Below the pieces are notes generated by a model. That model was not told the DNA's origin. It did not search any database and saw nothing but the letters and a program-made list of their open reading frames with translations. The position numbers and the translations under genes were made by a program. Shown one piece after another: positions 1-10,239 of a stretch of DNA of 64,000 nt (positions are counted from its first letter, which is position 1; each line of letters starts with the position of its first letter). The DNA is from an uncultured Solirubrobacterales bacterium (GTDB taxonomy: Bacteria > Actinomycetota > Thermoleophilia > Solirubrobacterales > 70-9), in the NCBI GenBank assembly GCA_963728755.1, contig CAVSLI010000001.1:93524-157523 (forward strand), read 5' to 3'.

Positions 1-1
1 C

Positions 2-2683
2 CGCCGGGCCAGGCTCGAAGCCAACGGCGCGGTCGAGGCGAAGGGCATCCCCGGGGCGCTCGGCGCCTACCGAGCGGTCGCGGTCGAGCCCGAGGCGGAG
101 CAGTCGGCCGCACCGCTCGTCGGCAGGGACGACGACCTGGACATGCTCCGGCTGATCGCCCGCCGCGCGTCACGGGAGCGGCTCCCGCAGCTCGTCACGG
201 TGATCGGCGAGGCGGGGATCGGCAAGACTCGCCTCGGCGCGGAGCTGTTCAGTGAGCTCCGATCCGAACCCGATTCCTGGCGGACGATCGTCGGCCGCAG
301 CCCGCCGTACGGCGAGGGCATCGCCTTCTGGGCGCTCGGCGAGATCCTCCGGGACGCCGCCGGGCTCTCCACTGACGCGCCGCCGGATGAGGTGGAGCGA
401 TCGCTGCGGGAGCTGCTCTCGAAGCTCGGCGCCGAGGACGCCCCCTCACTGGCAGCCGGCCTGACCATCGCGATCCGAGGCAGACCGGACTGCGACGCCG
501 AGGATGAGCTCAGCCGTGCCTGGCGCCGGTTCGTGGTCCTGCTGGCGAGCGAGCGGCCGCTGGCGATCGGCGTCGACGACGCGCACTGGGCGGACGAGGG
601 AACCCTGGAGCTGCTCGAGGACGTCGCGTACGGGCTCCACGACGCGCCGATCCTGGTGCTCTGCACGAGCCGCCCGGAGCTCGCGGAGCGCCGCCCGGAA
701 TTCGGTCGCACCGCGCGTAACAACAGCCAGCTCGAGATCCTGCCGCTCGATCACGACTCCGCCACCCGCCTGGCCGAGCTTCTCCTCCCCGACGACCGTC
801 GGGCCGACGCCCCCCGGATCGCCGATGCCGCGGGCGGGAACCCCTTCTTCACCGAGGAGGTCTCGCGCCGGATCGGCGAGGGCGGCGCCGATGCGGCCGC
901 CGGGACGCTCCCGGACACCGTGCAGGCCACGATCGCCTCGCGGATCGACCAGCTGCCGCCCGAGGAGAAGCGGGCGCTCCAGTGCGCGGCGGTGCTGGGG
1001 CACACCTTCTCCCAGGGCCCACTCGGCGACCTGCTCGGCGTGGACCCGAGCGATGCGCTCTGGTCCCTGCGGCGGCGGGCGCTGGTGCAGGAGCGCCCGG
1101 GCTCCGAGGCAGGCCACTACGTCTTCCGTCACCAGCTGATCCGCGAGGTCGCCTACAACTCGCTGCCCCGGAGGGAACGGGCGACGCTGCACGAGCGGGC
1201 GGTCGAGGCCCTGCGTGCCCGGGAGCCGTTCGCCGAGCGGCCCGAGCTGATCGCCTACCACCTCGACCATGCCAACGAGCTCGACCCCACCGACGAGCGC
1301 CGCCGCGCAGCCCGTGAGGCGGTCGCGGCCGCCGCCGATGCCGCGGTACGCCGCGGCGCGGTCGCCCGGGGCAGGCAGCTCTACGAGGACGCGGCAAGGC
1401 TCACCGATGACGGCGTCGAACGCCACGACGCCCTTGTTGCGGCCGCGGAGGTGGCGCTGCGCGGCTGGCGCGGCGACCAGGGCATGCGCCTCTTCCGCGA
1501 GGCGGGCGAGACAGCTGAACGTATGGGCGACGACAACCGGGCCGCTGCTGCGTACGCGCGCAGCGTCGAGATCGGGGGACGCATGCATGGCATCAGCGGC
1601 GACCCGCCGGTCAGCGAGCTCGCGCCGATCCTGAAGCGCGGCCACGAGCTCGCCGACGACAACGACCTCGCGACCTGCGCCCGGCTGCGCCTCGACGACG
1701 CCTGGCTCGCCTGGATGAGCAAGGACCCCGAGGCGATGGCGATGCCGGCGCAGGAGGGCCTAGAGCTGGCTCGCCGGACCGATGACGGCCAGCTTCTCCA
1801 GAACGCGCTCGACGCCGTCACCGCGAGCGATTGGCTCCAGGGCAGGCAACTGGATGCGGTGGAGCACACCCGCGAAAGGCTCGAGCTGCTCGAGGCCGCC
1901 CCCCGATCGCACGCGCTCGACGTGGAGATCTCTGACGCCCTCCACATGATTGTCCTCTGCCTGATTCAGGTCGGTGAGTTCCAGGAGGCGCTGACCCATG
2001 CGAAGCGAGGGGCCGAGGTCGACCGCAATCGCGGCGTGGAGATGGCCGAGTACCAGCGCGAGCTGATGCCGAACTTCTTCCTCGGCAGCTGGGACCGGGC
2101 GATCGAGCTCGGCCACAGCGCCCGGAAGGCGTGGGTCGACGCCGGCCGGCCGCCGATGGGGGCCTTCGCGACGCCGGCCGCCTGCACCGCCGCAGCGTTT
2201 GGCTACCGGGGGGACGCAGCAGCCGCAGACGACTGGATGAGTCATGCCAACGACCTCAGCTCGAAGGACCTGGAGCAGAGATGCGGGGTGATGATGTTCG
2301 GCATCGACCTCGAGGTCCACCGGGGGCGCTTCGACGAGGCAGTCGCGATCGCGACGGAATCCATGGTCGGCAGCCAGTGGACGGCGACCTACGCCTGCAG
2401 TCGCGCCGAGGCCTTCGTCCGGGCCGGCCGCGACGACGCGGAAGAGGCAATAGCCTGGGCCGAGCCGCGCGTGGGCCAAGACCGCTACGCCAGTGCGATC
2501 CTGGTCCGGGCGAAGGGACTGCGCGACTCCGACGAGTCCCTGCTGCGGGAGTCGAAGGCGCTCTTCGAGGAGATGGAGTGTCCCTTCCAGGCGGCCCGCA
2601 CGGGCTGGCTGCTCGGTGGCATGGACCGCGAGCGGGCCATGCACACCTTCGAGCGCCTGGGCGCGACGCTTCCGGCGGACTGA
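2..2683 (+). CDS. Large STAND/AAA-type ATP-binding signalling regulator with C-terminal helical (TPR-like) repeats; 5' end outside window
   Basis: Frame is open from nt 2 (RRARLEANGAVEAKGIPGALGAYRAV...PLVGRDDDLDML precedes the first Met of track ORF 143..2683), so the gene starts upstream. Walker A GEAGIGKTRLG, Walker B-like LAIGVDDAHWAD, long helical C-terminal half, no HTH recognised. Residues before the PLVGR linker resemble the end of a class III nucleotidyl cyclase domain (inference). Confidence 0.75.
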   Translation, partial: RRARLEANGAVEAKGIPGALGAYRAVAVEPEAEQSAAPLVGRDDDLDMLRLIARRASRERLPQLVTVIGEAGIGKTRLGAELFSELRSEPDSWRTIVGRSPPYGEGIAFWALGEILRDAAGLSTDAPPDEVERSLRELLSKLGAEDAPSLAAGLTIAIRGRPDCDAEDELSRAWRRFVVLLASERPLAIGVDDAHWADEGTLELLEDVAYGLHDAPILVLCTSRPELAERRPEFGRTARNNSQLEILPLDHDSATRLAELLLPDDRRADAPRIADAAGGNPFFTEEVSRRIGEGGADAAAGTLPDTVQATIASRIDQLPPEEKRALQCAAVLGHTFSQGPLGDLLGVDPSDALWSLRRRALVQERPGSEAGHYVFRHQLIREVAYNSLPRRERATLHERAVEALRAREPFAERPELIAYHLDHANELDPTDERRRAAREAVAAAADAAVRRGAVARGRQLYEDAARLTDDGVERHDALVAAAEVALRGWRGDQGMRLFREAGETAERMGDDNRAAAAYARSVEIGGRMHGISGDPPVSELAPILKRGHELADDNDLATCARLRLDDAWLAWMSKDPEAMAMPAQEGLELARRTDDGQLLQNALDAVTASDWLQGRQLDAVEHTRERLELLEAAPRSHALDVEISDALHMIVLCLIQVGEFQEALTHAKRGAEVDRNRGVEMAEYQRELMPNFFLGSWDRAIELGHSARKAWVDAGRPPMGAFATPAACTAAAFGYRGDAAAADDWMSHANDLSSKDLEQRCGVMMFGIDLEVHRGRFDEAVAIATESMVGSQWTATYACSRAEAFVRAGRDDAEEAIAWAEPRVGQDRYASAILVRAKGLRDSDESLLRESKALFEEMECPFQAARTGWLLGGMDRERAMHTFERLGATLPAD

Positions 2684-2777
2684 CCCGGCTCGCCATCAGA
2701 TCGCGGCGGCAAGCGGCCGCGCCTCCCAACCGCTCGGGGCTACGCCCCTCGCTCAGAGTGCAGCGGCCTGGCCGACG

Positions 2778-3188
2778 CTAGCCGGAGCCCTCGGCCGCGC
2801 GCAGACGGCCCACGAGCGTCTCGAGCAGTCCCCAGGCGACCTCGGGGTGCTCCTCGACGAACGGCCTGAACTCCCATGCCGACATCCCACGGCAGCGCAG
2901 GTCGGTGCTCGCGACGATGGTCGCCGAGCGCGGCCCGCTGTCGATCAGCGCGACCTCGCCGAAGTGCTCACCGGGTCCCAGCGTGCGGACGATCTTGCCG
3001 CGAATACTGACGCTGGCCTCGCCGTCCTCGATCACGAAGAAGCCGATTCCGCTCTCGCCCTCCCTGGTGATCTCGTCGCCCTCGTTGAAGCTGCGCTCGG
3101 TCATCCGCTTGCCGAGCTTCTTCAGCTCCTTCGGCTTGATGCCCGAGAACAGCGGTACCCGGGCGAGCGTCTGGTCCATGTCCGCCAT
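2778..3188 (-). CDS. Stand-alone cyclic-nucleotide-binding domain protein
   Basis: 136-aa ORF. Canonical cNMP fold signature with phosphate-binding cassette FGEVALID...PRSATIVA. No DNA-binding domain appended. Confidence 0.8.
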   Translation of the reverse strand: MADMDQTLARVPLFSGIKPKELKKLGKRMTERSFNEGDEITREGESGIGFFVIEDGEASVSIRGKIVRTLGPGEHFGEVALIDSGPRSATIVASTDLRCRGMSAWEFRPFVEEHPEVAWGLLETLVGRLRAAEGSG

Positions 3189-3224
3189 CGCGCGGCGATC
3201 CTACTCGTCGAGTGTGGTTGACAC

Positions 3225-3250
3225 AAGAAGTGAATCCTGGTTCACTTCTT
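3225..3250. promoter_or_regulatory. Perfect 10-bp inverted repeat (AAGAAGTGAA-N6-TTCACTTCTT), candidate TetR operator
   Basis: Read directly: arms 3225-3234 and 3241-3250 are exact reverse complements with a 6-nt spacer. Lies in the divergent intergenic region between the cNMP gene (start 3188) and the TetR start (3256). Confidence 0.5.
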
Positions 3251-3255
3251 TGGCG

Positions 3256-3882
3256 ATGCCCTATCGCAGCACCGAGCGGACCGAGGCTCGCCGGGCCGAG
3301 ACCCGTGGGCGGATCACGACCGCGGCCCGCCAGCTGATCGCCGAAGGCGGCTACGTCGCCGCGCCGGTCGCGGCCGTCGCCGACCGAGCCAGCGTCGCAG
3401 TCGGCACGGTCTACCGCCACTTCCCGTCCAAGTCCGATCTGTTCGCCGAGGTCTTCCGCGAGGCCTCGCAGTACGAGGTGGACGCGATGCGCGCCGCCAT
3501 CGAAACCAGCCCCGGGCCGGCCGCCGACCGCATCGCAACCGGGATCGAGGCGTTCGCGCGCCGCGCCCTGCGTGGCCGCCGCCTGGCCTGGGCGCTGCTC
3601 GCCGAGCCGGTCGACCCCGCGGTCGAAGCCGAGCGCCTTCACTTTCGCCACAGCTACCGCGACCTGATGGCCGAGGTGATCATCGAGGGCATCGAGACCG
3701 GAGAGCTCCCGGCCCAGGACGTCGAGGCCACGGCCGCGGCCCTGATCGGGGCAATCGGGGAGACGATGCTCGGCCCGCTCTCCCCCAGCGCCAATGGGGG
3801 CGATCCCGACGCCCTGATCGCGTCGCTGATCAACTTCTGCACTCGCGCAATCGGAGAGGAGAACGCCCGTGTCAACGATTGA
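3256..3882 (+). CDS. TetR/AcrR family transcriptional regulator
   Basis: In-frame ATG at 3256 within track ORF 2905..3882. N-terminal HTH APVAAVADRASVAVGTVYRHFPSKSDLF. The upstream part of the long ORF is antisense to the cNMP gene. Overlaps the next gene by 14 nt. Confidence 0.85.
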   Translation: MPYRSTERTEARRAETRGRITTAARQLIAEGGYVAAPVAAVADRASVAVGTVYRHFPSKSDLFAEVFREASQYEVDAMRAAIETSPGPAADRIATGIEAFARRALRGRRLAWALLAEPVDPAVEAERLHFRHSYRDLMAEVIIEGIETGELPAQDVEATAAALIGAIGETMLGPLSPSANGGDPDALIASLINFCTRAIGEENARVND

Positions 3883-5539
3883 GAGGCCGACCGGAGTCAA
3901 GACCCACAACGTCGAGAACCAGGCTCCGCCGCTGGTCGACTACAACGTCTTCACGGCGGACCGGGTGATGGGCGAGGCCGTCCGCCGGGAGGGCGCTGAG
4001 TGGGCCGTCGAGAAGATCTCCGAGGTGGGAGAGATCGCGGGCCGTGCGGACGTGATCGAGCTCGGCCGCCTCGCCAACGAGAACCCGCCGAAGCTCCGCA
4101 CCCACGATCGCTACGGCAACCGGGTGGACGAGCCCGAGTTCCATCCCGCCTGGCACGAGCTGATGCGGCTCGGCATCTCCCAGGAGCTCCACTCCCTTCC
4201 CTGGCGCGAGCCCCAGTCGGGCGCCCATGTCGCGCGAGCGGCTGCGTTCATGTGCTTCTCGCAGGCCGAAGCCGGCGTCGGCTGCCCGATCTCGATGACC
4301 TATTCGGCGGTGCCGGCGATTCGCAAGCAGCCGGAGGTGGCCGAGGAGTGGGAGCCTCGGATCCTCTCCAGCGTCTATGACCCCCGCCAGATCCCCGCCG
4401 CCGAGAAGGAGGGGTCGCTGTTCGGCATGGGGATGACCGAGAAGCAGGGCGGCTCCGATGTGCGTGCCAACACCACCGTGGGCCGGCCGGTGAACGGCGG
4501 CGGGCCCGGCGCCGAGTACGAGCTCAGCGGCCACAAGTGGTTCTTCTCCGCCCCGCAGTGCGACGCGTTCCTCGTCCTCGCCCAGGCCGACGGCGGCGTC
4601 TCCTGCTTCCTGATGCCGCGCCGCCTGCCCGACGGTGAGCTCAACCGCTTCCGCCTGCAGCGGCTCAAGGACAAGCTCGGCAACCGCTCCAATGCATCCT
4701 CGGAGGTCGAGTTTGATGGGGCACTCGCGCGCCTGGTCGGCGATGAGGGCGCCGGCGTCCGGACGATCATCGAGATGGTCAACCACACCCGGCTCGACTG
4801 CGCCTCGGGCAGCGCGACCGGGATGCGCCAGGGTGTCGCGCAAGCGATCAACCATGCGGACCACCGCTCCACCTTCGGCAAGCTCCTGGTCGAACACCCC
4901 CTGATGCAAAACGTGCTCGCGGACCTCGCGGTCGAGTCCGAGGCCGCGACGATCTCCTCGCTGCGCCTCGCCCGAGCCTATGACGAGGCGATCGCCGGAG
5001 ACGATGAGGCCGAGGCGTTCAAGCGCATCGCCAACGCGGTGCTCAAGTACTGGATCTGCAAGCGCGGGCCGTCGCACGCGGTCGAATGCCTCGAGTGTCT
5101 TGGGGGCAACGGCTACGTCGAGGAGTCCGGGATGCCCCGCCTCTATCGGGAGGCTCCGCTCGCCTCCATCTGGGAAGGCTCGGGGAACGTCCAGTGCCTC
5201 GACGTCCTGCGGGCGATGGTCAAGAACCCAGACTCGGTGGAGGCGTTCGCCATCGAGGTGGGCGAGGGCGCCGTGTTGGAGCCGCGGCTCGACCGGTTCG
5301 CCGCCAGACTGCGCCAGGACCTGCAGACCGACACGGCGACGCTCGAGTCGAGAGCCCGATCCCTGGTCGAGCGAATGGCCCTCGCCCTGCAGGGATCGCT
5401 CCTGGTCCGGTTCGGCGACGAGGCGGTCGCGGAAGCATTCTGCGCCTCACGGCTCGACGGCGACTGGGGTCACGCATTCGGCACGCTGCAGGCGGGCGCC
5501 GACTTCCAGCGGATCATCGACCGCCACCGCGCGGTCTAG
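3869..5539 (+). CDS. AidB-like acyl-CoA dehydrogenase
   Basis: 556-aa ORF, GTG start overlapping the TetR stop. Motif GMGMTEKQGGSDV and an ACAD C-terminal helical domain typical of the AidB/long ACAD subfamily. Confidence 0.85.
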   Translation: MSTIERPTGVKTHNVENQAPPLVDYNVFTADRVMGEAVRREGAEWAVEKISEVGEIAGRADVIELGRLANENPPKLRTHDRYGNRVDEPEFHPAWHELMRLGISQELHSLPWREPQSGAHVARAAAFMCFSQAEAGVGCPISMTYSAVPAIRKQPEVAEEWEPRILSSVYDPRQIPAAEKEGSLFGMGMTEKQGGSDVRANTTVGRPVNGGGPGAEYELSGHKWFFSAPQCDAFLVLAQADGGVSCFLMPRRLPDGELNRFRLQRLKDKLGNRSNASSEVEFDGALARLVGDEGAGVRTIIEMVNHTRLDCASGSATGMRQGVAQAINHADHRSTFGKLLVEHPLMQNVLADLAVESEAATISSLRLARAYDEAIAGDDEAEAFKRIANAVLKYWICKRGPSHAVECLECLGGNGYVEESGMPRLYREAPLASIWEGSGNVQCLDVLRAMVKNPDSVEAFAIEVGEGAVLEPRLDRFAARLRQDLQTDTATLESRARSLVERMALALQGSLLVRFGDEAVAEAFCASRLDGDWGHAFGTLQAGADFQRIIDRHRAV

Positions 5540-5569
5540 GGGCCGCCGCGCCTCCTCTAGGCTGGGGGC

Positions 5570-5839
5570 ATGTGCAGAAACATCAGGCAGCTTCATAACT
5601 TCGATCCACCCGCGAGCGAGGAGGAGATCCACGACGCGGCGCTCCAGTTCGTCCGCAAGGTGAGCGGCTCAAGCAAGCCGTCGCAGGCGAACTCAGAGGC
5701 GTTCAGCCTGGCCGTCGACGAGGTGGCCGCCGCGACGCGGAAGCTGCTCGACTCGCTGGTCACCAGCGCCCCTCCCAAGGACCGGGAGGAAGAGGCGGCC
5801 AAGCGGCGGGCGAAGTACGAAGCTCGCTTCGCGGCGTAG
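5570..5839 (+). CDS. DUF2277 family small protein
   Basis: 89-aa ORF beginning MCRNIRQLHNFDPPASEEEIHDAALQFVRKVSG, the conserved N-terminus I recognise for DUF2277. Confidence 0.7.
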   Translation: MCRNIRQLHNFDPPASEEEIHDAALQFVRKVSGSSKPSQANSEAFSLAVDEVAAATRKLLDSLVTSAPPKDREEEAAKRRAKYEARFAA

Positions 5840-7063
5840 CTAGAACCAGCGCCGGTCGAGCTTGCGGATCACTGCCTCGCTGAGGCGGATCGCCTCACTG
5901 AGCGTGCCGTAGTCGACGTTCTCGGGGGTGTCCGTGCTCCAGTGGTAGTTCGACGGGTTCTTCCACCGATTGCACGAGCAGAGCGCCGCGCATTGGTAGC
6001 CGGCCGCCAGCGGGAATACCGCGTCGGTCGCATTGCGCAGCCGCAGATTCGGGAAGAGGTCGATGCCGAGCTCCTCCGCGGTCGAGTCGAGGAGCTCCAG
6101 CGCCTCGGCCGGGTATTCCCGCATTTTCAGCATGCCTTCGCCACGGAGGACGAGCAGATGGGGCGAGCCGAGGATCTCATGACAAAGGAAGAACGTGCTC
6201 TCCGGGGGCAGCTCGTGCGCATGTCTCTCCATGAACAGCCCCATGCCTTCGCAGAGCGCCTCCTCGGAGGTCGAGAGGAAAAGGACCCGCGTGTTCTCGA
6301 GTGGCCGCTCCGAGAGCAGCCGCGCCAGGGCGAGCTGGGCGACGTTCGACGTGCCGTTGTCGTTCGCCGCCGGGACGACCTCCCCGGCACCTATGTGCGC
6401 CATGAATGCCGCCGTCCCCGCCGAGACGACCGTCCCCAGGCCCGTCAGCCAGCGGCTGCCGAGCGCGGCGCCCGCTGCCACCACTGCCGGTCCGCCCATC
6501 GTGGGCCACATCAGCGGTGGGCTGGTGTCGGTGTTCTCGAAGACCCAGGGGGCGTTTTCCCCCACCGCCGCTGTGATCGCCGGGTTGAAGAAGAACGCGG
6601 TGCGCGGCGCATCGTGATGTCCCATCAGCACAATCGTCCGCTCGGCGTGATCCGGTCCCACCTCGCCGAGCACGTGGTGGGCCGTTCGGTTGGGCAGCAG
6701 CCGCCGAAACCGCCTGCCACCCGGCGGCATCTCGTCGGCGATCAGGGCGGCTGCCGCCGCGCCAGTCGCCGCGGCCAGCAGCCGGGCTGAGGGGCGGCCC
6801 CGCCGGGCGATGAGCCCAGCGAGAGCGCTGGCACCCGCGAGTAGGCCGATCGGCCACCAGAACGTCCCATTCGCGTAGGGCTCCTCCTCGATTCGAACGT
6901 CGCGAGCTCCTGCAGCGCGCAGCTCCTCCGCAAGCCACTCGGCGGCGCGGCGCTCTCCCGGAGACGCCGAGGGACGCTCGATGGCGCACACCTCCTCGAG
7001 GCGCTCGCGCATCCAGACTTTGTCAGGCGGGGTTGAGACGCCGGTGGCTACCTCGGTCGCCAT
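5840..7063 (-). CDS. M28 family metallopeptidase with internal membrane segments
   Basis: 407-aa ORF. M28-like metal-ligand regions IVLMGHHDAP, ANDNGTSNVAQLA, FLSTSEEALCEGM. Hydrophobic stretch after residue about 65. Confidence 0.65.
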   Translation of the reverse strand: MATEVATGVSTPPDKVWMRERLEEVCAIERPSASPGERRAAEWLAEELRAAGARDVRIEEEPYANGTFWWPIGLLAGASALAGLIARRGRPSARLLAAATGAAAAALIADEMPPGGRRFRRLLPNRTAHHVLGEVGPDHAERTIVLMGHHDAPRTAFFFNPAITAAVGENAPWVFENTDTSPPLMWPTMGGPAVVAAGAALGSRWLTGLGTVVSAGTAAFMAHIGAGEVVPAANDNGTSNVAQLALARLLSERPLENTRVLFLSTSEEALCEGMGLFMERHAHELPPESTFFLCHEILGSPHLLVLRGEGMLKMREYPAEALELLDSTAEELGIDLFPNLRLRNATDAVFPLAAGYQCAALCSCNRWKNPSNYHWSTDTPENVDYGTLSEAIRLSEAVIRKLDRRWF

Positions 7064-7138
7064 CCGGGAAAACTACGAGAGTTCGCCACCGGCAACTGAC
7101 CAGGCGGCGGACCGGTGGGCGCTCCGTAAGATCCCTGC

Positions 7139-8317
7139 ATGGCCGCCCCCGGCGTGACGCTGTTTCGCGTCCGCGGAATCAGGATCGCCGTGGACTTCTC
7201 CTGGTTCGTCGTTCTGTTCCTGATCATCTTCTGGCTCTCGGGCTTCTACCGCGACGTCCTGAACGCCCAGGACGGCGATAGCGCCCCCTACGTCCTGGCC
7301 GTGGCGAGCGCGGCCCTCTTCTTTGCGTCGATCCTGCTTCACGAGCTTGGACACGCCGTCGTCGCGATGCGGAACGGGATCGCGGTGTCCTCGATCACGC
7401 TCTGGATGTTCGGTGGAGTGGCTCGCCTCGAGAGGGACTCGGACACTCCCGGCACGGAGTTCAAGATCGCCATCGCCGGCCCGCTGGTCACCGCGGGGAT
7501 CGTGGCGGTCTGTTCGGTTCTCGGTCTGGCGCTCGCGGGCGGCGATGAGGTCCGCCACGCGGCGCTTACCCAGCAGGACACCCAGACGTCCGGCGTCGTG
7601 GCGATGGTCGTCTGGCTCGGCAGCATCAACCTGCTGGTGCTGATCTTCAACCTGGTTCCGGCCTTCCCGCTCGACGGCGGCCGGATCGCGCGGGCGATCG
7701 CCTGGTGGCGCACGGGCAGCCGGACCACCGGGACCCGCTTCGCCGCCACGCTCGGCGAGTGGTTCGGCCTCTTCCTGATCCTCGCCGGGCTCGGCTACTT
7801 CCTGGTCTACCTGGGCGACGTGCTCGGCGGCATCTGGCTGGCCTTCGTCGGCTTCATCCTCCGCGGAGCCGCCCGATCGGCGATCGCCCAGACCGAGATC
7901 ACCAGCCGGATAGAGGGCGTCTCGGTCGCCGACGTGATGGACCCTGAGCCTGTCGCGATCCCCGAGGAGGTCTCGATCGAGCAGGCCCTGGACGAGTACT
8001 TCCTGCGCTACCGCTCGCCCTGGTTCCCGGTCGTGGACGCGACCCAGCGCGTGGTCGGCCTGGTCGACCGCCCGACCGCCGACAACGTGCCCGCGGTGGA
8101 GCGGACCTCGGCTTCGGTGCGCGACGTCGTGGCGCACGACGGCGGCTCACTGACCGTCAGCGAGGACGCGCCGCTGGAGTCCGTACTGGGGAACGAGTCG
8201 CTCCGCCGGCTCGGCGCATTGATCGCCACGGACGCCGAGGGTCACCTCAGCGGTGTGCTGACGATCGACGCGATCGGACGGGCGCTGCGGCCCCAAGGCG
8301 GGGCCCCGGCGGTCTAG
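7139..8317 (+). CDS. Site-2 protease (M50) with C-terminal tandem CBS domains
   Basis: 392-aa ORF. HELGHAVV zinc motif, NLVPAFPLDGG motif, multiple TM helices, CBS-like C-terminal half. Confidence 0.85.
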   Translation: MAAPGVTLFRVRGIRIAVDFSWFVVLFLIIFWLSGFYRDVLNAQDGDSAPYVLAVASAALFFASILLHELGHAVVAMRNGIAVSSITLWMFGGVARLERDSDTPGTEFKIAIAGPLVTAGIVAVCSVLGLALAGGDEVRHAALTQQDTQTSGVVAMVVWLGSINLLVLIFNLVPAFPLDGGRIARAIAWWRTGSRTTGTRFAATLGEWFGLFLILAGLGYFLVYLGDVLGGIWLAFVGFILRGAARSAIAQTEITSRIEGVSVADVMDPEPVAIPEEVSIEQALDEYFLRYRSPWFPVVDATQRVVGLVDRPTADNVPAVERTSASVRDVVAHDGGSLTVSEDAPLESVLGNESLRRLGALIATDAEGHLSGVLTIDAIGRALRPQGGAPAV

Positions 8318-8378
8318 GAACGCCCGGCACGGCCGGATTAATAGGATCGGTCCGTGCCTAGTCGGCCCGACCGCCACT

Positions 8379-8396
8379 CCGCCCGCACTCGGGCGG
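8379..8396 (+). terminator. GC hairpin downstream of the site-2 protease gene (CCGCCCG-CACT-CGGGCGG)
   Basis: 7-bp perfect stem and 4-nt loop read from sequence. No U-tract. A second 8-bp hairpin (GCCCTTGC-N5-GCAAGGGC) lies at 8432-8452. Could equally belong to the sdhA leader. Confidence 0.25.
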
Positions 8397-8514
8397 CTGC
8401 AAACACTTCGCCGGGCGGTGTCCTCGGGCTTGCCCTTGCCGCCAGCAAGGGCTGCGCCCTGCGTCCTTGCCCGGCTCGGTTTTCGCTCGCCCGAGCACGG
8501 ACGGAGTAACGGTC

Positions 8515-10203
8515 GTGCCGGCTCATGATGTCTTGGTGATCGGGGCGGGCCTCGCGGGACAGCGGGCTGCGCTCGCAGCCGCCGAGCAGGGCGTCTCTGT
8601 CGGGATCATCAGCAAGGTCCACCCGGTCCGCTCGCACTCGAACGCCGCGCAGGGCGGCATCAACGCGGCGCTCCAGGAGGACGACAGCTGGGAGTCACAC
8701 GCCTTCGACACCGTCAAGGGCTCGGACTACCTGGCCGACCAGGACGCCGTCGAGATCATGTGCAGGGCGGCGCCTGAGGAGCTGCTCCACCTCGAGCACC
8801 TCGGCGTGACGTTCCACCGCAACGAGGAGGGCAAGCTCGGCACCCGCGCCTTCGGCGGCGCCTCCGCCGCCCGCACGTACTACGTCGCGGACATCACCGG
8901 CCAGGCGATCATGCACGTCCTCTACGAGCAGCTCATGAAGTACTCCGAGGAGGTCGCCCGCTACGAGGAGTACTTCACGACGGGCCTCGCCCTCGACGAC
9001 GACGGCAACTGCGTCGGCGCGATCTGCCGCAACGTCAGGGACGGCTCGATGGACCACTTCGGCGCCAAGGCGGTGATCCTCGCCACCGGCGGCAACGGGC
9101 AGGTCTGGCAGCCCACCACCAACGCGCTGATCTGCACCGGCGACGGCATCGCGCAGGCCTACCGCGTCGGGGCGAAGCTGATGGACATGGAGATGATCCA
9201 GTACCACCCGACCACCCTGGCGGGCAAGGGCTTCCTGATCACCGAGGGCGCCCGCGGCGAGGGCGCTCACCTGCTGAACGCCAACGGCGAGCGCTTCATG
9301 GAGCGCTACGCGCCCAACAAGATGGAGCTCGCCTCGCGCGACGTCGTCTCCCGCGCCGAGCAGACCGAGATCAACGAGGGCCGCGGCTTCCCCGACGGCA
9401 CGGTCGCGCTCGACATCACCGTCGTGCCGCGCAAGCGGATCCACGAGGCCCTGCGCGAGATCGTGCTCGTCGGGAGGGACTTCGCCGGCGTGGACATCAC
9501 CAAGGAGCCGATCCACATCAAGCCGGGCAACCACTACACGATGGGCGGCGTCAAGACCGACGTCGAGGGCCGCACCAACGTCCCGGGCCTCTACGCCGCC
9601 GGCGAGGTCGCCTGCGTCTCGGTCCACGGCGGCAACCGCCTCGGCGCCAACTCGCTGCTCGACACGCTGATCTTCGGCCGCCGCTCGGGCGTGGACGCCG
9701 CCGAGCGCGCCAAGGGCCGCGAGCAGGCCCACGTCTCCCATGCCCTGCTCGAGGACGAGGAGGCGCAGGTCGCCGAGATCATGGGCCGCGAGAAGGGCTC
9801 GGGCCGCCGCGTCTCCGAGATCCGCAAGGAGCTCGGCGAGACGATGGACAAGCACGTCGCCGTCTTCCGCGACGCCGAGGGCCTCAACACCGCCCTCGAG
9901 ACGGTCAGGCGCCTGAAGGAGGAGTCCGAGAGCTGCTACATCGACGACAAGGGCTCGGTCTTCAACCAGGACGTGCTCGGCGCGCTCGAGCTCGGCTACA
10001 TGCTCGACTGCGCGGAGGCCACCTGCGTCGCGGCGATCCACCGCACCGAGAGCCGCGGCGCCCAGTTCCGCACCGACTTCCCGGAGCGCAACGACGACGA
10101 GTGGCTCAAGCACATCGACCTGACCCGGACCGACGAGGGCCCCGAGATCAGCTACTCCGAAGTGACGATCACCCAGTGGGAGCCGCAGGAGCGGACCTAT
10201 TGA
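8515..10203 (+). CDS. sdhA: Succinate dehydrogenase/fumarate reductase flavoprotein subunit
   Basis: Track ORF 8467..10203. GTG at 8515 is preceded by GGAG and gives [19 protein letters not shown] (FAD dinucleotide fold). Covalent-FAD motif [13 protein letters not shown]. Also [12 protein letters not shown]. Confidence 0.9.
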   Translation: MPAHDVLVIGAGLAGQRAALAAAEQGVSVGIISKVHPVRSHSNAAQGGINAALQEDDSWESHAFDTVKGSDYLADQDAVEIMCRAAPEELLHLEHLGVTFHRNEEGKLGTRAFGGASAARTYYVADITGQAIMHVLYEQLMKYSEEVARYEEYFTTGLALDDDGNCVGAICRNVRDGSMDHFGAKAVILATGGNGQVWQPTTNALICTGDGIAQAYRVGAKLMDMEMIQYHPTTLAGKGFLITEGARGEGAHLLNANGERFMERYAPNKMELASRDVVSRAEQTEINEGRGFPDGTVALDITVVPRKRIHEALREIVLVGRDFAGVDITKEPIHIKPGNHYTMGGVKTDVEGRTNVPGLYAAGEVACVSVHGGNRLGANSLLDTLIFGRRSGVDAAERAKGREQAHVSHALLEDEEAQVAEIMGREKGSGRRVSEIRKELGETMDKHVAVFRDAEGLNTALETVRRLKEESESCYIDDKGSVFNQDVLGALELGYMLDCAEATCVAAIHRTESRGAQFRTDFPERNDDEWLKHIDLTRTDEGPEISYSEVTITQWEPQERTY

Positions 10204-10239
10204 TTTGCCGGTCTTCCCGCATGGGTAGGGTGAATGTGC

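Noticed and set aside
446-1645. Long antisense or alternative-frame ORFs throughout the track (for example 446..1645 -, 2968..3909 -, 3872..5077 -, 8695..10113 -, 11108..12553 -, 11437..12645 +, 18674..20446 -, 21903..23417 +, 39158..40348 -, 40616..41851 +, 42952..44247 -, 45359..46351 -, 46718..47884 -, 58702..60606 +)
   Set aside because: They overlap genes with clear family motifs on the other strand or frame. They translate to Arg/Ala/Pro/Gly-rich low-complexity strings and have the wrong codon-position GC pattern. This is the expected stop-codon-poor artefact of about 70% GC DNA.
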